The position numbers were made by a program, and so were the translations under genes. Of a DNA stretch of 35,155 bases, positions 1 through 8,980 are shown in pieces (within the stretch, counting starts at the first letter, position 1; every line of letters begins with the position of its first letter). The notes beneath the pieces were generated by a model. The model did not search any database, was not told where the DNA came from, and saw only the letters and a program-made list of their open reading frames with translations. Source of the stretch: Candidatus Fimenecus sp. (GTDB taxonomy: Bacteria; Bacillota; Clostridia; Oscillospirales; Acutalibacteraceae); NCBI GenBank assembly GCA_045659165.1, contig JAZOWH010000105.1, forward strand, positions 1 through 35,155, read 5' to 3'.

Positions 1-1
1 A

Positions 2-511
2 CTACCCGAAAAAATTCAGACTACACTTGAATGTGACACTATCACAAAGAAACTTGCAGAAAAGATAAGTCAAAAACAGAATGTATTCTTTATTGGTCGT
101 GGAATCGACTATCCACTATGCCTTGAAGGTGCTTTGAAATTGAAAGAGATTTCATACATTCACTGTGAGGGTTATGGTGCAGGTGAATTAAAGCACGGAA
201 CAATCTCACTTATTGAAGAAGATACGATTGTAGTGGCTATTGCAACGGATGATACACTTTACAACAAAATGATTTCCAATATAAAGGAAGTACGTTCAAG
301 AGGCGCTTATGTTATTGCCGTTGCAAAGACAGGTGCCAAAAATATAATGGAAGTTGCAGATGAAGTAATCTTTATTCCCGACACGATAAAAAATCTTTCA
401 CCATCACTTACAGTTATTCCATTGCAGTTACTTGCATATCACACAACTGTCAAAAAAGGTCTTGATGTTGACAAACCACGAAACCTTGCCAAAAGTGTTA
501 CTGTCGAATGA
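2..511 (+). CDS. glmS: Glutamine--fructose-6-phosphate aminotransferase, C-terminal part (5' end lies outside the window)
   Basis: The frame is open from the window edge. SIS-domain sequence EISYIHCEGYGAGELKHGTISLI and the canonical GlmS C-terminus DKPRNLAKSVTVE are present. The M at 134 in the ORF track is an internal TTG (Leu). Confidence 0.9.
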   Translation, partial: LPEKIQTTLECDTITKKLAEKISQKQNVFFIGRGIDYPLCLEGALKLKEISYIHCEGYGAGELKHGTISLIEEDTIVVAIATDDTLYNKMISNIKEVRSRGAYVIAVAKTGAKNIMEVADEVIFIPDTIKNLSPSLTVIPLQLLAYHTTVKKGLDVDKPRNLAKSVTVE

Positions 512-529
512 AAATTTTATAAAAATTAC

Positions 530-562
530 AACTCCTGTTCATAATATGAATGGGAGTTTTTT
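530..562 (+). terminator. Probable intrinsic terminator after glmS
   Basis: Hairpin aactcc...ttcat-aat-atgaa...ggagtt followed by a T-run (557-562), 19 nt after the glmS stop. Confidence 0.5.
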
Positions 563-593
563 GATTGATGAATTGTACATAAAAAAGTAAAGG

Positions 594-1373
594 ATGATTT
601 TTGTGCAGTTCAGTAGAGTTGAAATATGTGGCGTTGACACATCAAAAATAAAGGTTTTAAAAGAGGCTGAAAAGATAGAATTACTCAAGAAAATCAGAGA
701 AAATGATGATAAAAGAGCCAGACAAAAGCTCATTGAAGGCAATCTTCGTCTTGTACTTTCTGTGGTACAAAGATTTTCAAACAGAGGCGAAAATCCTGAC
801 GACTTGTTTCAAGTAGGATGCATTGGTCTTATCAAAGCAATTGATAATTTTGATATTTCACACGAGGTGCGTTTTTCAACCTATGCTGTGCCTATGATTA
901 TTGGTGAGATAAGACGATATTTAAGGGATTACAATCCTATTCGTGTCAGTCGTTCATTAAGGGATACGGCATATCACGCTATGCAGATAAAGGAAAGAAT
1001 TCAAAACGAGTTTGGTCGTGATGCCACTATTGAAGAAATTGCAAAGGAAATGGAAATTGAGCCTGCAAATGTAATTATTGCTCTTGAATCAATTGTTGAA
1101 CCTATTTCACTTTATGAGCCTGTTTATTCCGATGGCGGTGACACTATTTATGTTATGGACCAGGTTGGAAGTTCAGAAAGTGACAATGACTGGCTTTATG
1201 AAATTGCTATAAAAGAAGCAATAAACAAATTAGGTGACCGTGAAAAACAGATATTGAATCTTCGATTTATGCAAGGTAAGACACAAATGGAAGTTGCAAA
1301 AGAAGTAGGCATAAGTCAAGCTCAGGTCAGCCGTCTTGAAAAAGGTGCTATTAAAAAGGTGAAAGAATTTTAA
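594..1373 (+). CDS. sigG: Sporulation sigma factor SigG (forespore late sigma-70 family)
   Basis: VEICGVDTSK...VLK near the N-terminus, GNLRLVLSVVQRFSNRGE, DDLFQVGCIGLIKAIDNFD, FSTYAVPMIIGEIRRYLRDYNPIRVSRSLRD and GISQAQVSRLEK closely follow B. subtilis SigG rather than SigF. The GTG at 603 has better spacing from the AAAGGA site than the ATG at 594. Confidence 0.85.
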   Translation: MIFVQFSRVEICGVDTSKIKVLKEAEKIELLKKIRENDDKRARQKLIEGNLRLVLSVVQRFSNRGENPDDLFQVGCIGLIKAIDNFDISHEVRFSTYAVPMIIGEIRRYLRDYNPIRVSRSLRDTAYHAMQIKERIQNEFGRDATIEEIAKEMEIEPANVIIALESIVEPISLYEPVYSDGGDTIYVMDQVGSSESDNDWLYEIAIKEAINKLGDREKQILNLRFMQGKTQMEVAKEVGISQAQVSRLEKGAIKKVKEF

Positions 1374-1408
1374 ACTTCTTTGTTGCATATTATATATAGG
1401 GTGTTTTT

Positions 1409-1708
1409 ATGAACTGTTGCATAACTGATATGCGTGAAAAAGAAGTGATAAATTTAAAAGATGGTTGCAGACTTGGTAATGTCTGTGATGTGGAATTTGA
1501 TACTTGTTCGGGAAACATTGTAGCAATTATCATTTTTGGCAGAGGAAAGGCTTTTGGACTTTTAGGCAGAGGTGACGACATAAAAATTTGTTGGAATGAC
1601 ATCAAAGTAATCGGTGATGACACCATTCTTGTTGATGCTGTAATTCCTGAAAACTGCATGTGTAACACGAAAGAAAGTCTGTTTGATTCCTTATTCCGAC
1701 ACAAGTAA
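1409..1708 (+). CDS. YlmC/YmxH-family PRC-barrel sporulation protein
   Basis: The pattern EVINLKDGCRLGNVCDVEFDTCSGNIVAIII...I.W.DI..IGDD.ILVD is typical of YlmC/YmxH. AGGGTG RBS lies 7 nt upstream of the ATG. Confidence 0.8.
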   Translation: MNCCITDMREKEVINLKDGCRLGNVCDVEFDTCSGNIVAIIIFGRGKAFGLLGRGDDIKICWNDIKVIGDDTILVDAVIPENCMCNTKESLFDSLFRHK

Positions 1709-1715
1709 CCTACTC

Positions 1716-1744
1716 TTGAAATGAAAAAGCATATGTGATACAAT
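1716..1744 (+). promoter_or_regulatory. Sigma-A type promoter upstream of zapA
   Basis: TTGAAA (1716-1721), 17-nt spacer, TACAAT (1739-1744), with TG two nt upstream of the -10. Confidence 0.45.
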
Positions 1745-1784
1745 AGAAAAAAGTGTACATTTATTGTATCGGGGTGTAAAATCA

Positions 1785-2159
1785 ATGGATAATAAAGTTA
1801 AACTTACTATTCGCGGCACAAATTTCTTTATCAATACTGATGAAAGTGTTAATTACACAAAAGCACTTGGTAAGGTAATTGACAACAGACTTTCTGAACT
1901 TCTTGAAAGCCACTATCATCTTTCAGTAAGTCAGGCAACTATCCTTGTTGCTCTTGAGATGGCAGATGCAAAGGCTAAGGCTGAAAAGGAAATCAAAGAA
2001 TTACGCGAACAGATGAAGGAATATCTTGAAGATTCTGCAAAGGCAAAGAGTGAACGTGACTATTACAAACGTGAAATTGACAGAATCAAGACTGAATCAA
2101 AATTCAAAAACGACCAGATTAACCTTTTTGCAAACAGTAAGAATGACGATGATGAATAA
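1785..2159 (+). CDS. zapA: Cell division protein ZapA
   Basis: Small protein with V.LTI.G..F.I.....E.Y...A...V...L.EL followed by a coiled-coil KAKAEKEIKELREQMKEY tail. GGGGTG RBS precedes the ATG at 1785; the track start at 1764 lacks an RBS. Confidence 0.7.
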   Translation: MDNKVKLTIRGTNFFINTDESVNYTKALGKVIDNRLSELLESHYHLSVSQATILVALEMADAKAKAEKEIKELREQMKEYLEDSAKAKSERDYYKREIDRIKTESKFKNDQINLFANSKNDDDE

Positions 2160-4179
2160 TATTGAAATATTAGCTCCCGTTGGGAATGCCGAAAATCTTA
2201 AGGCTGCTGTGCTTTCAGGTGCTGATGCAGTTTATTTTGGATTGGGCAATTTTAACGCTCGTAGAAATGCACAGAATTTTACCGAAGAAACAGCAAAAGA
2301 AGCAATAGAATACTGCCACAGTAGGGGTGTTAAGGTACATATTACGCTTAACACCCTTATTAAGGATACCGAAATCAAGGATGCAATTGAGACAGTTAAA
2401 ACCATCTGCAAAATTGGTGCCGATGCAATTATTGTTCAGGATTTAGGTCTTGCAAAGATTATCAAAACCATCTGTCCTGATATAGAAATTCATGCATCGA
2501 CCCAAATGACTGTTGGTACTTTGGAAGGACTTTATGAACTTAAAAAACTTGGGTTTAGCAGAGCCGTTTTACCAAGAGAATTAAGTTATGAGGAAATAAA
2601 ATATCTTTGTGAACATTCCCCTCTTGACCTTGAGGTGTTTATTCATGGTGCATTATGCATGTGTGTATCAGGACAATGCCTTATGAGTGCAGTATTAGGC
2701 TCTCGTAGTGGCAATCGTGGACTTTGCGCACAACCTTGTCGATTACCATTCAAGGTACATAAGGGTACAGGACACGATTTGAGTCTTAAAGACTTATCAC
2801 TTATTGAACATATACCTGAGCTTGCCCAAATGGGTGTCTGTTCATTTAAGATTGAAGGCAGAATGAAACGACCTGAATATGTTAGTGCTGTTGTTTCTGC
2901 TTGTAAAAAATCCATAGATGACAATTACACAACACTTGTAAAAAAAGATTTGGCTGATTTATTCTCCCGTTCAGGTTTTACTGACGGATATTATGAAAAT
3001 ACACTTGGCAGAGATATGTTTGGGTATCGCGAAAAGGAAAATGTGCAATCTGCAACAAAAGAACTTTTCGCAAAATACTCATCAATTTATGAAAAAGAAC
3101 AGTCCAGATTCAATGTAAACTTCACATTCTCGGGCAAAATTGGTGAAAATGCTACTCTTACAGCAGAGTGTAACGAACACACTGTTTCCGTACAGAGTGA
3201 AATGCTTTGTGAAGCACCTATCAACAGACCTATTGCACCTGAAAGAATTCATGATGCTCTTTCAAAATGTGGTGGCACTCAATTCAATGCTCAAAGTATT
3301 GAGATTATTGGAGAGGTTGATTATTCACTTCCTGTTTCTGCACTTAATTCCATGAGAAGAAGTGTACTTGAATTATTACAGAATAAAATTATGGGCAAAA
3401 TCGAAAGAAAACTTTGTTCTCCGCCTATTTCAACAAACATAATTTCACGAAACGAAAGAAAATACTATTGTCGATTTGATAATATCAATCAGATTCCTTC
3501 AAAAATTGATGCTGATTTAATTTTTGTTCCATTAGGCAGCGACGATAACATTATAAAAGACCGAAAATATGGTGTTGAGTTGCCACATGGTATGTTTGGC
3601 AATGGTGAAAAAGTTGAAAAGATGCTCAATGAATCTTCTGCAACCGTTTGTCTTTGTCACACTCTTGATGCTGTTTCTGTTGCTAAAAAAAGCAACAAAA
3701 CAGTCGTTGCTTCACCATCACTCAATGTGTTCAATTCTCTTTCAATGGATATGACTAAGGATTTGAGAATAAACGAAGTAATAGTTTCAAATGAATGTAC
3801 TGTTGAGAATTTCAGAAAGATTTCTGCACCTATTCCAAAGGGAATTACAGTTTATGGTAAAATTCCACTTATGCTCACACGAAACTGTCCAGTAAAAAAC
3901 GGAAAAACCTGTGCAGAGTGTGGTCGACAGAGTGAAATCACCGATAGAATGGGAATAAAATTCCCTGTCAGATGCTTTATGGGATATTCAGAAATTCTTA
4001 ACTCACGACCAATTTATATGGCTGACAGATTAGGTGAAATTCCCGAATGTGACATTCTTTTCTTTAACTTTACAACTGAAACTAAAGAAGATGTTGCGGA
4101 TATTATTTCTGCTTATAATGAAGAAAAAAGGCCTGAAGGCGAATTTACCCGTGGTCTTTTATACAGAGGTGTTGAATGA
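2143..4179 (+). CDS. U32-family protein (collagenase-like peptidase / prephenate-dependent hydroxylase family), long form
   Basis: EVFIHGALCMCVSGQCLMS fits the U32 signature E-x-F-x2-G-[SA]-[LIVM]-C-x4-G-x-C-x-[LIVM]-S, followed by CAQPCR. Family-typical N-terminus IEILAPVGN...AAV..GADAVYFG. Start set at the MTMMNN methionines; the 2026 start would overlap zapA out of frame. Confidence 0.85.
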   Translation: MTMMNNIEILAPVGNAENLKAAVLSGADAVYFGLGNFNARRNAQNFTEETAKEAIEYCHSRGVKVHITLNTLIKDTEIKDAIETVKTICKIGADAIIVQDLGLAKIIKTICPDIEIHASTQMTVGTLEGLYELKKLGFSRAVLPRELSYEEIKYLCEHSPLDLEVFIHGALCMCVSGQCLMSAVLGSRSGNRGLCAQPCRLPFKVHKGTGHDLSLKDLSLIEHIPELAQMGVCSFKIEGRMKRPEYVSAVVSACKKSIDDNYTTLVKKDLADLFSRSGFTDGYYENTLGRDMFGYREKENVQSATKELFAKYSSIYEKEQSRFNVNFTFSGKIGENATLTAECNEHTVSVQSEMLCEAPINRPIAPERIHDALSKCGGTQFNAQSIEIIGEVDYSLPVSALNSMRRSVLELLQNKIMGKIERKLCSPPISTNIISRNERKYYCRFDNINQIPSKIDADLIFVPLGSDDNIIKDRKYGVELPHGMFGNGEKVEKMLNESSATVCLCHTLDAVSVAKKSNKTVVASPSLNVFNSLSMDMTKDLRINEVIVSNECTVENFRKISAPIPKGITVYGKIPLMLTRNCPVKNGKTCAECGRQSEITDRMGIKFPVRCFMGYSEILNSRPIYMADRLGEIPECDILFFNFTTETKEDVADIISAYNEEKRPEGEFTRGLLYRGVE

Positions 4180-4622
4180 TGAAAACTTTGAAGATAAAGA
4201 AAGTCAGAGAAAATGCAAAGTTACCTACCAGAGGTACTGTGGGCAGCGCTGGTATGGACCTTTATGCTTGCATTGACGAGCCTATTACATTAAAAAAGGG
4301 TGACAAGGCTGTGATTCCAACAGGTATTGCAATTGGTCTTGATGACCCTCATTATGCTGCTTTTGTATATGCAAGAAGTGGGCTTGCTATCAAGCACGGA
4401 ATCGGACTTCTCAATTCTGTTGGTGTTATTGATAGCGATTATCGTGGTGAAATCTGTGTGGGTGTTATCAAACAAACAGACCCTGAATATACAATTGAAC
4501 CATTTGAAAGAATTGCACAGATGGTTATTCAGCCAGTTGAGTTGCCTGAAATAGTTGAGGTTAATGACCTAGATGAAACAGACAGAGGTGCAGGCGGTTT
4601 CGGTTCTACAGGAACAAAATAA
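4176..4622 (+). CDS. dut: dUTP diphosphatase
   Basis: AKLPTRGTVGSAGMDL, ARSGLAIKHGI, GVIDSDYRGEI and C-terminal DRGAGGFGSTG dUTPase motifs. The start overlaps the upstream stop (ATGATG). Confidence 0.9.
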   Translation: MMKTLKIKKVRENAKLPTRGTVGSAGMDLYACIDEPITLKKGDKAVIPTGIAIGLDDPHYAAFVYARSGLAIKHGIGLLNSVGVIDSDYRGEICVGVIKQTDPEYTIEPFERIAQMVIQPVELPEIVEVNDLDETDRGAGGFGSTGTK

Positions 4623-4647
4623 AAAAGGCTCGTAAGAGCCTTTTTTT
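4621..4647. terminator. Bidirectional intrinsic terminator between convergent dut and rqcP
   Basis: aaggctc-gtaa-gagcctt hairpin (4625-4642) flanked by A6 and T7 runs. Confidence 0.7.
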
Positions 4648-4673
4648 AATGCAAAATACAGAGTGCAAAATGA
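4648..4673 (+). repeat. Terminator-adjacent TGCAAA motif, copy A
   Basis: aatgcaaaaTAcagagtgcaaaatga lies directly after the T7 tract. The same string recurs on the minus strand at 30548-30587, again directly after a T7 tract. Confidence 0.6.
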
Positions 4674-4674
4674 T

Positions 4675-4696
4675 TAACGGAAAAAGAAACTATTTT
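4675..4696 (+). repeat. 22-nt perfect direct repeat, copy 1
   Basis: taacggaaaaagaaactatttt, identical to 4781-4802. Confidence 0.9.
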
Positions 4697-4780
4697 TCTA
4701 AAATAGATTTATTTTTTCGTTAGGCAATCTTGCCGAAATGAAGCTGTATGAATATACCGCGAATTGAGAGCAAGGCAGCA

Positions 4781-4802
4781 TAACGGAAAAAGAAACTATT
4801 TT
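4781..4802 (+). repeat. 22-nt perfect direct repeat, copy 2 (covers the stop codon and last codon of rqcP)
   Basis: taacggaaaaagaaactatttt, 106 nt start-to-start from copy 1. Confidence 0.9.
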
Positions 4803-5038
4803 ACTATTTCATACATTTCACTTGCTGTCCGCTTTGTTGCGTGTTCTGTGACGTTGAGTACTTTGTATTTTGTAACTTTTTCACCGAACTGAATTTCCAA
4901 GATATCCCCTTCTTTTACATCGTAAGATGCTTTTACAACTCTACCACTAACAACCACATGACCTGCATCACATACTTCGTTTGCAACAGTTCTTCTTTTA
5001 ATTATTCTTGATACTTTTAAATATTTATCTAATCTCAT
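4796..5038 (-). CDS. rqcP: S4-domain RNA-binding protein, YabO/RqcP (Hsp15-like) family
   Basis: 80-aa protein starting MRLDKYLKVSRIIKRRTVA..........V.V.G...K.S..V..GD, an S4 domain. It sits beside mazG (yabN) and a yabM-like flippase, as in the Bacillus yabM-yabN-yabO neighbourhood. Confidence 0.65.
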   Translation of the reverse strand: MRLDKYLKVSRIIKRRTVANEVCDAGHVVVSGRVVKASYDVKEGDILEIQFGEKVTKYKVLNVTEHATKRTASEMYEIVK

Positions 5039-5065
5039 AATGTTTCACTCATTTTTCAGGTTATG

Positions 5066-5095
5066 ATAAAAAACAAGGGAGTCAGAACGACTCCC
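5066..5095 (-). terminator. Intrinsic terminator of hup
   Basis: On the minus strand, gggagtc-gttct-gactccc is followed by ttgttttttat, 21 nt after the hup stop. Confidence 0.7.
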
Positions 5096-5116
5096 CGATT
5101 TTTTACAAAAGTTTAA

Positions 5117-5389
5117 TTATTTAACAGCTGCTTTAAGTGCTGCGCCTGCTTTGAATGCAGGAACCTTTGTTGCAGGAACTGTCATTGTTTCGCCTGTTCT
5201 TGGGTTACGAGCTGTCTTTTCTGCTCTTTCACGAACTTCAAATGTACCAAAGCCGATAAGCTGAACTTTGTCACCATTTACAAGTGCGTCTGTAACTGAT
5301 GCGAAAACTGCTGCTACTGCTGCGTCAGCGTCCTTCTTTGAAATGCCTGCTTTAGCTGCTACTGCTGCTACGAGTTCTGTCTTGTTCAT
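5117..5389 (-). CDS. hup: DNA-binding protein HU
   Basis: MNKTELV...A......K.DA...V.A.F..V...L..GDKVQLIGFGTFEVRERAE...RNPRTGE....PA..VP.FK.G..LK. GGAGGA RBS present. Confidence 0.92.
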   Translation of the reverse strand: MNKTELVAAVAAKAGISKKDADAAVAAVFASVTDALVNGDKVQLIGFGTFEVRERAEKTARNPRTGETMTVPATKVPAFKAGAALKAAVK

Positions 5390-5440
5390 TTTTGTATTCC
5401 TCCAAAAAATTTTTTTATCGTTTTTATTTTAAAAAGAATC

Positions 5441-6238
5441 TTAGTTCTTTTTAGCCAAATCCCATAACTTGTCCAATGTAGCCAAGTCTGTATTTTTCAT
5501 ATCCAAGCCCTGTTCATCTGCCATTTTTTCAACCTTGCTAAATCGGTCAATGAACTTATCCGTTGAGTTTGTAAGTGCTTCTTCACTATCGACCTTAACA
5601 AATCGTGATACATTAACAACAGAGAAGAGCAAATCACCAAGTTCCTCTTGGATATTTTCCTGATTCCCCTCAGCATATGCTTGTTTGAGTTCTGCAAGTT
5701 CTTCGCTGATTTTGTCAAATGCGCCTTCAGCGTTATCCCAGTCAAATCCAACCTTTGATGCTTTTTTCTGAACTTTATCAGCACGCATCAGAGCCGGAAA
5801 TTCACGAGGGATTGAAAGCATTGATTCTGTTTGACTTTTCTGTTTTTTTGTGCGCTTTTTGATAACATCCCAATTTTCAAGCACTTGTTCACTTGTTTCG
5901 GCATTAACATCACCGAAAACATGTGGATGGCGCTCAATCATCTTTTTGCAGACATCATCGGCAACATTACCCAAATCGAATGTTCCCTTTTCACGCTCAA
6001 TCTGTGTATGGAAAACAACCTGTAACAAAACGTCACCAAGTTCTTCCAACAGCATATCCTTGTCTTCCTTATTGATTGCTTCAATAACCTCATAAGTTTC
6101 TTCAAGGAAATCACGACGAATTGACTTGTGGTCCTGTTCCCTATCCCAAGGACACCCCTCAGGAGAACGAAGAATCTCAACAATATCAATCAAATCGTTT
6201 ATATCGTAGTGTTCTTTGAATTGAAAATTTTCAATCAT
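5441..6238 (-). CDS. mazG: Nucleoside triphosphate pyrophosphohydrolase MazG (tandem MazG domains)
   Basis: LR.PEGCPWDREQDH.S......EE.YEV.EAI and a second EELGDLLFSVVN.SRF repeat. Confidence 0.85.
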   Translation of the reverse strand: MIENFQFKEHYDINDLIDIVEILRSPEGCPWDREQDHKSIRRDFLEETYEVIEAINKEDKDMLLEELGDVLLQVVFHTQIEREKGTFDLGNVADDVCKKMIERHPHVFGDVNAETSEQVLENWDVIKKRTKKQKSQTESMLSIPREFPALMRADKVQKKASKVGFDWDNAEGAFDKISEELAELKQAYAEGNQENIQEELGDLLFSVVNVSRFVKVDSEEALTNSTDKFIDRFSKVEKMADEQGLDMKNTDLATLDKLWDLAKKN

Positions 6239-6255
6239 ATTGCTACCCTCTCATT

Positions 6256-8028
6256 TTACTCTATAAAACCAAATTTTGCAAGTATTTTTGCAATTTTTTC
6301 CCCTTTTGGAAGCATAATTACATCATCTTTTGCAATTCCTTTAGTCAAAAGTATAGAAATAACATATACAATACCACCAAAACCGATTGAAACGGCAAGG
6401 CAGAAAAGATTTTTAATTGAGAATTCAGGCAAGAATCTGTTGCAAATTCCGTAAGATGTGTATGCTGCAATACCACAAAGGATACCGCTGAATATTGGTT
6501 TTAAGAAAACAGAAAGAAGGTTAATTCTTACTCTTGCTGTTCTTATAAGTGCGATATAGTTAATAGTAACAACAATTACATAACAGAGCACAGTACCAAC
6601 AACAGCGCCATTAACATTAAGCTTTGGAATTGAAACAAAGATAAAGTTTGCAATAAGTTTTGCAAATGCACCTGCTGAAAGTGAAATAAGCGGTACTTTT
6701 GTTTTATCAAGAGCCTGAAGCATATTTGTCATTGGCTGTGAAAGTGCCATAAGGAAAATTGTAAAACCATAGGCAGTAAGTACAGGTGCTGCGATTGAAA
6801 CACCACTTGCAGCGTCACCGCTTCCGTAGAACGCAGCAAGAATTGGCTGAGCTAATACGCCCATACCGATACCACAAGGCATTGCAATAAGCATTGTCAC
6901 ACGAAGCACTGATTCGATTGAAACTCTGATTGCTCTTTTATTCTTAACAGCCCATGCTGCTGAAAGTGCTGGAATAGCACTGATACCAAGAGTCATTGTA
7001 ATTGATGGAATCAAGTTTCTGAAGTCAATTGACAATGAATACGCACCATAAAGGAAATTCTTAATATCTCCATCAAGAACACCTATAAGCTCTGTGCTAT
7101 AAAGATTTCTAATATAATCAAGGTTATTGAGAATCACATATTCAAGACGATTCTGGATTGTGATTGAGTCAATAAGGTTTGTAATGCTGAAAACAAGTGA
7201 ACTGATTGCAACAGGTATTGCAAACCTTAAAAGTTTATTTGCAACCACATTTGCTTTTTCAGGTTTTGGTGCAGAAATAAGTTCTGCTTTTGTAATTCTG
7301 TCACCTTTTACTTTATGAAGAATTATAAGGTAAACAACACCAATTACAGTACCGATAGTAACACCCGCTGCGGCACCTGCTGCGGCATATGGATAAATGG
7401 CACTTAATGCTTCACTTTCGTTTGTAACAGTTCTTCCAAAAACAGTAAGTCCTTGTTCAAATCGTGAATAGCCATAGCTGATTACACCCTTTGCACAGAT
7501 AAGACCAAATACAAGTTTACCTGCTGCTTCAAAAACTTCTGACACAGCAGTTGGTGTCATATTTGAAAGACCATTATAATAACCACGATAGCTTGACATT
7601 ATACAACAGAAGAATATGGATGGAGTTATTATGAAAACTGCAGGTAGAACATCCATATTTTTTGCTGACATAGCATAAGGGAATGCAAGAATGAACATTG
7701 CAACAGTACCGATTATACCGACTATCAGAAAAAGTCGTTGTGATACTTTTCTGATAATCTTCACATCACGATAATTTCCCATAGCCATAGCCTTTGAAAT
7801 CATATTAGAAATTGCAACAGGAAGACCAGCCATTGAAACTGTATAAATCGGAACATAAAGATTATATGCTGAGTCAAAATATCCTCTGCCCACAGTACCA
7901 ATCATATTGGAAAGAGGAATTTTATAAATAACGCCAATCACCTTAACAACAAGCGATGCAAGGCTTAATATCAACGCACCATTAAGAAGCGTCTGATTGG
8001 TTCTTTTTTTCTCTGCCAAAGTTATCAC
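6256..8028 (-). CDS. MOP-superfamily flippase (SpoVB / YabM / MurJ-like polysaccharide biosynthesis protein)
   Basis: 590-aa polytopic membrane protein with N-terminal LLNGALILSLASLVVKVIGVIYKIPL..MIG..G.GYF..AY..Y, typical of SpoVB-type Wzx/MurJ-like proteins. The start is uncertain: GTG at 8028 or TTG at 8019. Confidence 0.7.
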   Translation of the reverse strand: MITLAEKKRTNQTLLNGALILSLASLVVKVIGVIYKIPLSNMIGTVGRGYFDSAYNLYVPIYTVSMAGLPVAISNMISKAMAMGNYRDVKIIRKVSQRLFLIVGIIGTVAMFILAFPYAMSAKNMDVLPAVFIITPSIFFCCIMSSYRGYYNGLSNMTPTAVSEVFEAAGKLVFGLICAKGVISYGYSRFEQGLTVFGRTVTNESEALSAIYPYAAAGAAAGVTIGTVIGVVYLIILHKVKGDRITKAELISAPKPEKANVVANKLLRFAIPVAISSLVFSITNLIDSITIQNRLEYVILNNLDYIRNLYSTELIGVLDGDIKNFLYGAYSLSIDFRNLIPSITMTLGISAIPALSAAWAVKNKRAIRVSIESVLRVTMLIAMPCGIGMGVLAQPILAAFYGSGDAASGVSIAAPVLTAYGFTIFLMALSQPMTNMLQALDKTKVPLISLSAGAFAKLIANFIFVSIPKLNVNGAVVGTVLCYVIVVTINYIALIRTARVRINLLSVFLKPIFSGILCGIAAYTSYGICNRFLPEFSIKNLFCLAVSIGFGGIVYVISILLTKGIAKDDVIMLPKGEKIAKILAKFGFIE

Positions 8029-8033
8029 ACCTT

Positions 8034-8954
8034 TTAAAAACCTAAAAACTCACGAAGTAATGAGTCATCAGGAACTAAATTTTCGTCTATATCTTCAAAC
8101 TTTTCAAGAGCACTTGTAAGTTTTTGAATATCTTTTTTAAACTCATCTGACACCTGACTGTTACGAAGAAGCTGTAACGCCTGATGTTTCAAAACACAAG
8201 GTTCATACAGATGAATTGTATTTGCCTTTATATCGGCATTATCACGATATGGGAAAAGATATTTTTCCTCACCCATTGTGACATTCTTCCAAAGCTTGCA
8301 AGTGTTTTCCACACTGCTTGCGCGATATTTGTAGTCACGAATCATTCTGCGAATAAAACGAAGATTTCGTTTACTGAGAATTACATTTTCGTCATAAATT
8401 CTGGAAGATACATTTATATAAATTTTAAGAAGCTTACCACGGACTTTTTCCGTAATCACAGGATTAAGTGCATGAAGTCCTTCGATAATTACAACATCTT
8501 CATCACCTAATGTGATTTCGTTGAAATCTGTGTCACTTCTTTTACCTGTTGTGAAATCGAACACCGGAGTTCTAACTGTTTTGCCACGGATTAAAGCATT
8601 CAAATCCTTTTCAAGTTGTTTCAAATCAAGGGCATCAACAGTTTCATAGTCCTGTGTACCATCGGAAAGATATGGAATATCATCACGATTAAGATAAAAA
8701 TCATCAAGGCTTAAAACATAGGTTTTTATACCTTTTCCAGAAAGTCCTTCTTTTAGTTTTCGTGCAGTTGTTGTTTTTCCTGCCGAAGAAGGTCCCGCAA
8801 GCATCACAATTTCTCTGCCATCTTCTGTAATGATTCTATCCACAATGGAGTCAATGATTTCTTGGTATCTTTTTTCACATTCATTGATAAAATCCCTAGG
8901 GCATGACACTGCTCTGTCATTGATATATTCAAGTTTACTATTCAAATTCACCAT
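8034..8954 (-). CDS. Uridine kinase / phosphoribulokinase-family nucleoside kinase-like protein
   Basis: P-loop LAGPSSAGKTTTARKL, then SLDDFY, then PVFDF..G.R and VVIIEGLHALN, the Udk layout. There is an extra N-terminal region of about 45 aa. Confidence 0.55.
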   Translation of the reverse strand: MVNLNSKLEYINDRAVSCPRDFINECEKRYQEIIDSIVDRIITEDGREIVMLAGPSSAGKTTTARKLKEGLSGKGIKTYVLSLDDFYLNRDDIPYLSDGTQDYETVDALDLKQLEKDLNALIRGKTVRTPVFDFTTGKRSDTDFNEITLGDEDVVIIEGLHALNPVITEKVRGKLLKIYINVSSRIYDENVILSKRNLRFIRRMIRDYKYRASSVENTCKLWKNVTMGEEKYLFPYRDNADIKANTIHLYEPCVLKHQALQLLRNSQVSDEFKKDIQKLTSALEKFEDIDENLVPDDSLLREFLGF

Positions 8955-8980
8955 TTATAATACCTCACAAAAATATTCAA

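Noticed and set aside
539-742. 67-aa minus-strand ORF across the glmS-sigG intergenic region and the sigG start.
   Set aside because: It is antisense to a confidently identified gene, hydrophobic low-complexity in AT-rich sequence, and has no RBS.
1390-1785. 131-aa minus-strand ORF.
   Set aside because: It lies entirely antisense to the ylmC/ymxH gene and the zapA promoter, and has no recognisable motif.
2026-2142. Upstream extension of the U32 ORF (track start at 2026).
   Set aside because: It overlaps the 3' third of zapA in another frame. The family-typical N-terminus (IEILAPVGN) begins just after the methionines at 2143-2154.
4670-4723. 17-codon mini-ORF (MINGKRNYFSKIDLFFR) starting in the TGCAAA motif and running through repeat copy 1.
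   Set aside because: It has no Shine-Dalgarno sequence and sits between convergent gene ends downstream of a terminator. It is probably a chance ORF.
4675-4802. Possible CRISPR-like or tandem repeat array.
   Set aside because: There are only two copies, no cas genes and no regular repeat-spacer periodicity.
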